The notes beneath the pieces are model-generated. The model did not search any database and had not been told where the DNA came from. It was given only the letters and a program-made list of their open reading frames with translations. A program made the position numbers and the translations under genes. A stretch of DNA of 64,000 nucleotides from Octopus sinensis (taxonomy: Eukaryota). The stretch is from assembly GCF_006345805.1 (NCBI RefSeq), contig NC_043004.1, positions 16,740,001 to 16,804,000 of the forward strand, given 5' to 3'. Below, piece by piece: positions 39,776 to 49,599 of the stretch (the stretch's first letter is position 1; each line of letters starts with the position of its first letter).

Positions 39776-40016
39776 CAATTATTTACTGGTAGATTCCGGC
39801 ATGTAAATATAACCATTAACGGTAGGAACTTCTATAAAAGTTCAATATATATATATATATATATTGTATATAAATAAAAGAGGCAGGCAACAGGTTGCTT
39901 AGCCACGTACCGAAAAAGTTAGAAATAGCACTCAAAGACTGTTTATTTCTATTTTCTACAAATGAGACTCCACATACGACATATCCCTGTAATTCACATA
40001 TGCAAAACAGAAGGAA
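39776..40016 (-). mobile_element. Diverged inverted copy of 38918-39141
   Basis: Shared blocks ATTTACTGGTAGA, GGAACTTCT, CAGGTTGCTT and CCCTGTAATTCACATA. Confidence 0.65.
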
Positions 40017-40097
40017 AAAATAACGAAAACAAAGTCTAACGATCATTTACGAACGCGTTTCTAGAATAGGAATATAATAAAATGTAAATTCCAAGTC

Positions 40098-40990
40098 TTT
40101 CATGGAAATTTTTTTGAAAAGTTTTCTGAAAATTTTCATCAAAATTTTTTTTAAATTTTCTGAAAATTTTCCTCAAAGTTTTTGGAAAGTTTTTTTCAAA
40201 ATTTTCTTCAAAATTTTTGAAAATTTTAATCAAAATTTTCTGGAAACTTTCCATGAAAATTTTTGAAAATTTTCTGAAAATTTTCATCAAATTTTTTTCA
40301 AAATTTTTTTCAAAATTTTCATCAAAATTTTGGAATTATTTTGAAACTTTTCGTCAAGATTTTTGAAAATTTTCTGAAAAGTTTTTTGAAAATTTCAATC
40401 ATAATTCTTGAAAATTTTTTTGAAAATTTCATCAAAATTTTTGAGAATATTTCTGAAAATTTTCATCAAATCTTTTGAAAATTTTCATGAAAATTTTTGA
40501 AAAATATTTTTGAAAAATATTTCTGAAAATTTTCATCAACATATTTGAAAATTTTTATTAAAATTTTGAAAAGTTTTTTGAAAACTTTCATCAAAATTTT
40601 TGAAAAATTTCATCAAATTTTTGAAAACTTTTTTGAAATTCTCATTAAAATTTTTAAAATGTTCTTTGATAATTTTCATAAGAATTTTTGAAAATCTTTT
40701 GAAAATCTTTTGAAAATCTTTTGAAAATTTTATCAATATTTTTGAAAAGTTATTTGAAAATTTCCATCAATACTTTTGAAAATTTTCATCAAACTTTTTG
40801 AAAACTTTTTGGAAAATTTCCATCAAAATTTTTGAAAAGTTTTTTTTAAATTTCCATCACAACTTTTGAAAAGCTTTTTGAAAATTTTCATCAAAATTAT
40901 TGAAAATTTTCATCGAGATTTTTGAAAATATTTCTGGAAATTTTCATCAAAACTTTTGAAAAGTTTTTTTAAATTTTCAACAAAATTTTA
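40098..40990. repeat. AT-rich degenerate satellite (TTTTGAAAA / AAAATTTTCATC modules)
   Basis: Directly visible over about 900 bp. Confidence 0.9.
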
Positions 40991-41189
40991 CTCAAGGGCA
41001 GGTTAGATATTCAGAAACATGAGCCCTATAATATTTTAATATCGACAGGAACGAATTATTGCTTTTTCGAATACATTCAATGGCACTTACATTTCAAATG
41101 ATTAAGCAGCAGATTCATTGAAAATAATTAATAATTTCAAATTCCACTACCCACACCCACACACACATATCTTTCACATTAATCAGTAA

Positions 41190-41562
41190 TTATACTGCAG
41201 CCATGCTGGGTCATCGTCTTGAATTTTAAGTCGAATGAATCACCCTCAGTACTTGTTTTCAAAGCCTGGCACTTATTCTATCGGCGTTTATTGCCGAACC
41301 GCTACCTTACGGTGGCGTAAACACACCAACACAGGTGTGTCAAGTGGTGATGCGGGGACAAACATACACACACACACACACACACACAACATATATATAT
41401 ATATACATACATACAGAGATATATATCCGACGGGCTTCTTTCAGTTTCCGTCTATCAAATCTACTCACAGGGCTTTGGTCGGCCCATGGCTATGGGAGAA
41501 AATAATTGCCCAAGGTGCCACACACTTAACTGAACCCATAACTAAGTGGTTGGTAAGCAGCC
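41190..41562 (-). mobile_element. SINE family A
   Basis: Reverse complement contains GGCACCTTGGGCAA, GTAGATTTGATAGACGGAAACTGAAAGAAGCCCGTCG and CCAGCATGGCTGCAG. Confidence 0.8.
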
Positions 41563-41957
41563 AAATGTGCAGGAAAAAAACAGGGACAGGTGAGGAATTA
41601 AGAAGCAGAAGCATTAGTTTGACGTTCGAGAAAATGCCAGAAAGACTTTTCAATTTTTCTCGAGCTTTAAACTGATACACCTGCTTCTTGTTTCCTCACC
41701 TGTCTTTGTATTTTCTTTTCTGTACATTTAAACCATATATAATACACACCCAGATGGTCATCCCAGTTTGATCCTAAGTCACTGAACTTCCTCCACTCTT
41801 GGACCCTCATCTGTCCTACCTTCTCAGACCTTCTGCATCTCTCCTCATCCACCTTGATTCTATCCACACGGATTGTAATTGGAACTTTACGTTTCTCGAA
41901 CTTTACCATCATGGACCTTTCTCTATATTGATGTTCTTATAGATATGTATAACGTAA

Positions 41958-42216
41958 GTAAAGCTTCCTTCCCGAGCCATTTCGACGCATAGGGCCGGTT
42001 TTCCGGCTCCGTGGTGTATATATACTCCACCTGGAGTGGTCACCGGTCCGTCGCAGGAATACTCGGAATACATGTATTTGCCAGCTGTGTGGATTGGAGC
42101 AACGTGAAATGAAGTGATTTACTCAAGGATTCAATGCATCGCCCGTTCCAGGAATCGAAACCACAATCTTACGATCATGCGTCCTACACCTTAAACACCA
42201 AGCCATGCGCCTCCAC
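41958..42216 (-). mobile_element. tRNA-derived SINE (family D)
   Basis: Minus head GTGGAGGCGCATGGCTTGGTGTTTAAGG..GGTTTCGATTCC, then CACTTCATTTCACGTTGCTCCA. Homolog at 56178. Confidence 0.75.
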
Positions 42217-42368
42217 ACGGAGGTATCGGATAAGACACCATTCTAATAATAAAATAGAAATAGATGATAAACTCCAAACATTGAAGAAACATGAATGAAG
42301 TTATAATGAACAATAGTAGGAAAGACAGGCAGGTTACGTAACATCATTGATTTGCGGATAAGATAAAA

Positions 42369-42720
<352 letters not shown>

Positions 42721-43329
42721 ATATATAGATAAAGAGGAAAGTATATGTGTGTATGTATTCCGTATTTGCTTTATAACGACAAGTTTACTATGTTTGCAGA
42801 CTATGATCTCAGAATCTGTATAACGCAGGTATAGCACTCAAAAACAAAAACAAACACCGCAAATTCAAAGCACTGCAAAGTAAGAACAATTATGGTCATA
42901 AGGATAGAACACTCCTCTCATCGGCTGCCTATCAGATACGAACGTCATTTCGACTCTGAAGGTAGGAGGACAACTTCTGCCGGTGCAAAACAACTGTAGA
43001 CAAAATTCCAAATTTTGTTCGATAATGTATGAACCTGGTCCCCAAATTATAAACGTGCATATTGTAACCATGAATATGTACGACAAAATTATTAAAACAT
43101 ACAAATAATCATAATACGGCTTGAATATATTACTTACTTATAAAGAATCATGAAAACCAAATCACAAATCGTGCATACTAACATATACGACGAAATTGAA
43201 ATTTACGAATATTATATTGAAATTTACTAAAATATATCTATATAAATGAACCAATAATTAATAATTATAATATAAAGCATACCTCAATTCAAAGATTGAC
43301 CTACGGTGTGATTATACCAACAGCTAACA

Positions 43330-44070
43330 ATCATGTGAAGTAACCAGTATTTCTTAGTCCTACCTATACCAACTTCCATAATACTAAAAGATTAATTGCC
43401 TCATTAATCTTTTGGTCTTAAAACCTTCTACACCTAATAAGATTATTAGTAACTCTAAACTAATTACTTTGCATTAGTAATTTTCCGTAATCTTCCGACT
43501 TGTGTTGCAAACACGCCATATCGTAGATCTCTAAGTATGTAGCTATCAACGTAAACCATCATTGCTACTTCCAAATTAAACTCGCTATTCATACTGTACA
43601 CATTAGTAACTACGGAATATTATACCCTTCAACCAAATCGCCCAGATAATTTATCCTCTTAACAGCTTTTCCAACACTGCTCGCCTTTGGGTAAGTTGTA
43701 AATATACTTTAAATAGTCAAGAATCTATAATTTGGAACGAAAACATCATTCCATATTTCTACAACTGCTGTCTAAAACTGCTTTTTCTCTTTTCTCTTTC
43801 CGTAAATCGCGAGGCAAACTAAATTCAAAGGACTCAAAATGTAAGCCTAGAAACAAACAACTACAAAGAAAAACCTTTCACGGCCATACGAATTCCTCAA
43901 ACTAGTTGCCAATATTTTCTTGAGGAGGGGCGTCGGTTTTATTGTAATATCTCCTGTGACTAGATACCGTTTACACACCCATTCTCTGCATATTTCATCT
44001 GCAAATCATGGTTATTTTGATTACTATGTAAGTCTGACTTTCCTTGCAATAGCTGTCGAATAAAGAAATT
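43330..44070 (-). mobile_element. Decayed PLE RT C-terminus (thumb), possibly a C-terminal-RT (Naiad-like) element
   Basis: Minus frames give VTNVYSMNSEFNLEV..DSYI..YGVFATQVGRLRKI and LLIILLGVEGFKTKRL, resembling T.YDKRDDFNF..SNIP..YGV..SQL.R thumb motifs as I recall them. An RNM(D)DV remnant lies upstream. Confidence 0.45.
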
Positions 44071-44145
44071 ATATTTTGTTCAGATCTTCCGTATCGTTTG
44101 TGCTCTATGTAAATATATACCAATATCTATCTATCTATCTATATA

Positions 44146-44206
<61 letters not shown>

Positions 44207-44382
44207 ATATATATATATTTGTGTGTGTGTGTGTATGTATTTATGTATGTATGTATTCATTTTAAGTTTATCTTTACAGATTTTTTATAAAATTCAGATC
44301 CAGCACTCAAGTTACGACATTTCGTAAACGAACAGGTCAATGTAAACAATGAGATCAAAGATAGAAGAACTGGGTAATCGGT

Positions 44383-44423
44383 GTATATGCATATTTCAAG
44401 AGTTATTGCACTTTCATCAGTAC
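44383..44423 (-). ncRNA. Type I hammerhead remnant with intact core
   Basis: Minus strand GTA CTGATGA AAGTG-CAATAA-CTCTT GAAA TATGCAT A TAC. One mismatch in stem II; stem I has only 3 bp. Confidence 0.5.
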
Positions 44424-44573
44424 TACATCCAACCCACCAACTATCCACGATCACATTGCTTAAATACTCACTAAGTTTCTGACCATTAAATGTCATCTAT
44501 AATATGTCGTATTGCTTGAAATGCTTGCAGTTATAAATAGTAGAAACGAATAAATACGAAAATATACAGAAAT

Positions 44574-44774
44574 GTTAGCACATCGGGCGAAATGCTTAGC
44601 GATATTTCGTCTGTCGTTACGTTCTGAGTTCAAATTACTCCGTGGTCGACTTTGCCTTTCATCCTTTCGGGATCGATAAATTAAGTACCAGTTATGCCCT
44701 GGGGTCGATGTGATCGACTTAATCACTTTGTTTGTCTCCTCTGTGTTTAGCCCCTTGTGGCTAGTAAAGAAATG
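44574..44774 (+). mobile_element. SINE family B monomer, head slightly truncated
   Basis: GTTCTGAGTTCAAATT, CTTTGCCTTTCATCCTTTCGGG and GGGGTCGATGTGATCGAC, with tail CCCCTTGTGG..AAAGAAAT. Confidence 0.85.
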
Positions 44775-44845
44775 ATAAACGAATATAAACTATGTCTCAT
44801 AGGAATTTAACGAAGATAATATATTTGTGTGTGCTTGTATGTGTG

Positions 44846-44925
<80 letters not shown>

Positions 44926-46544
44926 CGTGCGTGCGTGTGTGAGTGTGGTAGGGTGTGTTTTTATTCTTGCTTGTATTTGTGCGTATTATGCGTCTGAAAC
45001 GATGCTTTTTCTGAAGGAACAGTTCGAAAGAGTGCAAATCGTCGTGGAAATTCTCCGCAAGGTCTTAGAATTTAACATTGGCTTTCAAAAGTAGATTTTT
45101 AAGATTAATCAAGTGTATAATAGACTCGTAAATTATCGTAATGTCTACAGGAAAATAATTCTAACAACAGAATATTAAATCAAAATACGCCACTTCCAGG
45201 AAAATATGTTATATCTTATTAGCATATGCTTTATTAATGAAAACTATAACCTATTTACATCGGATACGAATCCACATAACCACATGCGCTAAGTCCAGCA
45301 CTTTCTATTGAGGTCCAATGTGGAAATTCAAGCTTTCCTTTCTGTTAGTTTCTCTTTTACTAGCGAATATTTTCTGTCAATTCATTCTTCTTCTAAACTT
45401 GCAACATAAACACAACTCAGATAAACTAAAATTCGCTTATTACTAAAAGTTCCTTATCACTTACTTTACTGAGTGGGTGTAAATGTATTCATGCACTGAT
45501 CGAAGTATTGAGAACAGATTGATATCAGAAGACATAAAAAGGAATGAAGTTAGATTATTAAATTTATAATGAAATGTGTTGTAGCAGTTCTTCAGATGTT
45601 GGGTCTGGAAAATTCTATTTGAATTTGTAAACAACTTACTTTACTGACAACGTTATCTTTATCTAATGCTCGCCGATATACTTTTATGTATCTTATTTTA
45701 ACCCTTCACGGTGTTAAATTTCGTGTAGTTTGATCATTTGGTTGTAGAAATTAGCAATGCAATTATTGATTAGCTAATTAGGACAGCAAATGCGAACTAA
45801 GATGAAATTTTATTGGTGTTATTTCAGCAGTTACCGGACACGGCTCCTATAAGTGGTTTATGTTTGTATGTTTCACTTCTAATTTTGCAATACCCAATCG
45901 AAAGGGTTATACAAAATTAGCTTCAGTTAACTACAAACATTAACGGAAGATTTGGTAACGTTTGTCTCTCACCTTCATTTAACAAAGATAATATTTTAGT
46001 CCCGTGATATGTTTAAACTTTATTATGTCATATTATTATTCTTGGTTTTGTAATTATTTACACTGCAGTACAAATATACTATATGTGCCAATTTCCAAGC
46101 TACGAATATTTATCTCCCTTCTCGCATATGTTTTGAAGTTACATCTGAGCATCCAGGAAAGTCATGTAATGCACTTATCTCGGATTAAACGAGATTAGTA
46201 CCAATTATAAAATGGTATTATAAAGCAAGATGTTGCAGAACATGAGCTAATTACTTTCTACAAATTAGACATGACTATGCCAACAGTCCGGCAATTTCCA
46301 GGTTTTCTGCTGTACCACTACACAACCTGTTACACACATACACACATACACACATACATACATACATACATACATACATACACATACATACATACACACA
46401 CATGCACAAACACACACACACACATACACATACACACACACACACATATATATATGTTTCAATAACAATAATAAAGGGTATCGGTGGCCAGCATATAAAA
46501 ACGAGACCAATTAAGGTGAAATAATACATATAGTTTTAAGGGCA

Positions 46545-46697
46545 ATCATCATCATCATCGTCATCATTATTTAATGTCCGTTATCCATGCTAGCATGAGT
46601 AGGGCTGTTTGACAGGAACAGACAAGACAGAACAATGCACAAAGACTTATTGTCTGTTTTGGCATGGTTTCTACGGACGGATGCCCTTCCTAACGCC
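46545..46697 (-). mobile_element. SINE 3' half with RTE-type tail
   Basis: (CAT)n, CCATGCTAGCATG and GGATGCCCTTCCTAACGCC, antisense to the 17061 family. Confidence 0.7.
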
Positions 46698-46734
46698 CTC
46701 CACGTGAGGGAGTGGTAGAAGCCTTATCCTACAT

Positions 46735-47160
46735 TTTGTGCGTTAACAGATGTGAAAACAGTCCGATCCTGGAAGGCAAATAACAAGTTGCCCACTATGT
46801 TGTTGGTGAGACTGAGATGGCTCAAATTTCTCACGTCGGATTATTTCAAAGTGCTCAGCTCCTTCGTCGCAGAGGAGCGCCAGGTTTGCCGGTTCCGAGC
46901 AAAGCGTTTAAGTTATGCCGCTTGAATGTTGCAGGAGTTGAGGACAAGGTTAAGATGGTCTCCGATCCTCTTCTAGACATCCCCGTGTGGACGAACACCA
47001 TTTGAAAGCTCTTCGAAGACCATTTTCGGGAGACGATTACCAGGCATCGTCATTACGTGACCGACTCATCTTAGAGGACGACGTTGAATGATGGCTTCAA
47101 CGCTGGAGATTCCTGCTTGCTGGAGAATTTCCGTGTGGTGGGTATTAAGGGCCAGAAAAC
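46735..47160 (-). mobile_element. RTE-clade LINE 3' fragment
   Basis: Minus frame EILQQAGISSVE..LR*VGHVMTMPGNRLPKMVFEELSNG..ARNRQTWR, and SRIGLFSH near the end. Confidence 0.82.
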
Positions 47161-47512
47161 GTGTCTTACATTAGAAGAGAGACATGGCTTCGTCAGATGG
47201 AGAAGAGAGAAAGATGGCGATATTGTAAAAGAAGAAGCAGGAGCCTTATTTCCAAGTTATAGGGTGGTGCATACGGATTGGAGGAGGTGGGTAGGTAGGT
47301 GAGTTCACAAGATTTCCAAATATAAGTGGGAGTTAGATATAGGGAATGTAAGGAGTAGGCACTTGTAGAAGCAGGGCATATTAGGAGAATATATTATGAG
47401 GAAAGAAATTAGGTAGGCTCATGGATTTTACTTAGTTAGGCAAGTCTCAAGCACAAACATTCTTGCAAGTGTATATACATATCTGTATGTGTATGTGTGT
47501 TCGTATGTATGC

Positions 47513-47543
<31 letters not shown>

Positions 47544-47979
47544 GTGTGTGTGTGTGTGTGTGTGTGTGTATGTATATATGCTGTGAGTTGTCTCACCTCG
47601 CTAATTCATATTTGAACATTTTTCATGACATGACATGTTGGGACATGCCAGCAGATGGTTCTTAAACCATTTAGCATATAGTCATAGCCAGTTGAACGGC
47701 TCACAGTAGACCCGTTGCTCGGTACGCGGCATTGAGAAGTCACAACGAACACGAAACATCAATGTCTGTCGCTCCGAAAAAAGAATGGAATTTGATGTTA
47801 GTTGTCTCACTTAGCTATGACCTGATATATTTCTCGATAAATTTTGAGCGTTAGACTATATACCAGAAATCCCTAGTTTGTCGGGTTCGTTCTGCGTCTG
47901 CGCAGTGATCTGATTAGTTAGAAAGAGCAAATTAGTAGACGCACATGTGTCTATCGAGTTGCGCTTCATAATAACAGGA

Positions 47980-48054
47980 ATCTTACTGAAGAGCCTACCT
48001 GAGTAAATAAATATTATTTTTATTGCTGAAAAAGGCGAAACTGCAGTCTAAGAT
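47980..48054 (+). ncRNA. Type I hammerhead ribozyme, predicted cleavage after 48048
   Basis: ATCTTA CTGAAGA GCCT-(36 nt)-AGGC GAAA CTGCAG TC TAAGAT: perfect stems I and II, canonical core, palindromic stem III ACTGCAGT and a GUC triplet. Confidence 0.9.
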
Positions 48055-48378
48055 GAACAGAGTTAGTAAAAGTTTTTATCTTCATTTCACTAAATTTATC
48101 AAGCTTCTATGTTTCTAGTACATACTTCGCCTTTAATGTACTTATATATGAATAATATATGGCCTGTGCTAGAAACACCAGCGATAATAATTAATTTTAT
48201 TTTATCGCATTTTGAATTTGTTTACATATTTCTCGATAAATTTTGAACGTTAGACTATATACCAGAAATCCCTAGTTTGTCGGGTTCGTTCTGCGTCTGC
48301 GCAGTGATCTGATTAGTTAGAAAGAGCAAATTAGTAGACGCACATGTGTCTATCGAGTTGCACTTCATAATAACAGGA

Positions 48379-48453
48379 ATCTTACTGAAGAGCCTACCTG
48401 AGTAAATAAATATTATTTTTATTGATGAAAAAGGCGAAACTGCAGTCTAAGAT
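48379..48453 (+). ncRNA. Type I hammerhead ribozyme, second copy, predicted cleavage after 48447
   Basis: Identical core and stems to 47980, with one change in the stem II loop. Confidence 0.9.
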
Positions 48454-48641
48454 GAACAGAGTTAGTAAAAGTTTTATCTTCATTTCACTAAATTTATCAA
48501 GCTTCTGTGTTTCTAGTACATACTTCGCCTTTAATGTACTTATATATGAATAATATATGGCCTGTGCTAGAAACACCAGCGATAATAATTAATTTTATTT
48601 TATCGCATTTTGAATTTGTTTATATATATATATATATATAT

Positions 48642-49140
48642 AATTAATTGTTATCGCCATATTAATATGGCATTCTTATAGATATGAGAATAATCGCTGC
48701 CGCTGGTCAGCTCCATGAGGCCACCGCCATCAAGATAGCTATTGATACACGATCTGTATCCATTATAACCTTCGAACAAGGGAGGTCAGCCGCTTCACAC
48801 TGCCAGTCCGACAGCTACAGACGCGTTTCGGGGTATTGCCCCTTGTCAATGTAGCGCAGTCAGACCCGCAGGTGTCGCCACTGACGTCTCTGTTCGAAGG
48901 TTTCTATTTACCTAGTTTCAGTGGAATACATCCACTTGTTTTCAATAATAGAAGGTTATAATGGATAAGATCGTGTATCAATAGCTATCTTGATGGCAGT
49001 GGCCTCATGGAGCTGACCAGCGGCAGCGATTATTCTTATATCTATAAGAATGCCATATTAATATGGCGATAACAATTAATTTCCAGTAAACGCTGCCGTA
49101 ATCTCTTTTATAGAGACTTATTAATTTTAATATTTCTATT
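48642..49140 (-). mobile_element. Inverted-repeat element enclosing a hammerhead (probable minimal PLE-derived insertion)
   Basis: Arms 48642-48773 and 48951-49081 differ by 2 substitutions and 1 indel. Flanked by (TA)n on both sides. Confidence 0.85.
48814..48855 (-). ncRNA. Minimal type I hammerhead, U3-A8 core variant, predicted cleavage between 48820 and 48819
   Basis: Minus strand GCUACA UUGACAA GGGG-CAAUA-CCCC GAAA CGCG UC UGUAGC: perfect 6-bp stem I, 4-bp stem II, palindromic ACGCGU and a GUC triplet. Confidence 0.88.
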
Positions 49141-49152
49141 ATATATATATAT

Positions 49153-49222
<70 letters not shown>

Positions 49223-49309
49223 GTATATCTATGCATGTACATGTATGTATATGTATATATATTTGTTTGTGTGTGTTTGTACACACACATACATACATGT
49301 GACCGCGTG

Positions 49310-49507
49310 TGTATCGTTGGCGATTTTTTTCCTCGGTCTTCCCTTCCTTGAATCTTTCGTTTTTCTATGTTTCTGACGAAGAGCTCCGCTCAAAACATTG
49401 GATGCCACTTTTTTCTTTCCTTTCTTCAGCGTCCAATAACACTGTACTTGTTCCACGTCCTCGCGTAGTTCTGTTTTCTCTTTGTGTTTTCATGTTTGAA
49501 TTCACTT

Positions 49508-49512
<5 letters not shown>
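49310..49512 (+). mobile_element. PLE terminal-repeat-like fragment with a degenerate hammerhead (49373-49395)
   Basis: CTGACGA A GAGC-TCC-GCTC AAAA: GAAA is mutated and there is no stem I partner. Ends in (TA)n. Confidence 0.5.

Positions 49513-49599
<87 letters not shown>

Larger units (their letters stand above)
47827..48622 (+). mobile_element. Tandem dimer of a 399-bp HHR-bearing unit (candidate non-LTR retrozyme)
   Basis: 47827-48225 repeats at 48226-48622 with 4 substitutions and 1 indel. One intact HHR per unit; ends in (TA)n. Confidence 0.85.

Noticed and set aside
46265-46330. Weak resemblance to the 5S rRNA 3' end on the minus strand
   Set aside because: Short, low identity, and no 5' part of 5S.
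47150-47200. Minus-strand CTGACGAAGCC.. without GAAA
   Set aside because: Probably a PLE terminal-repeat relic with the GAAA segment deleted; not a functional ribozyme.
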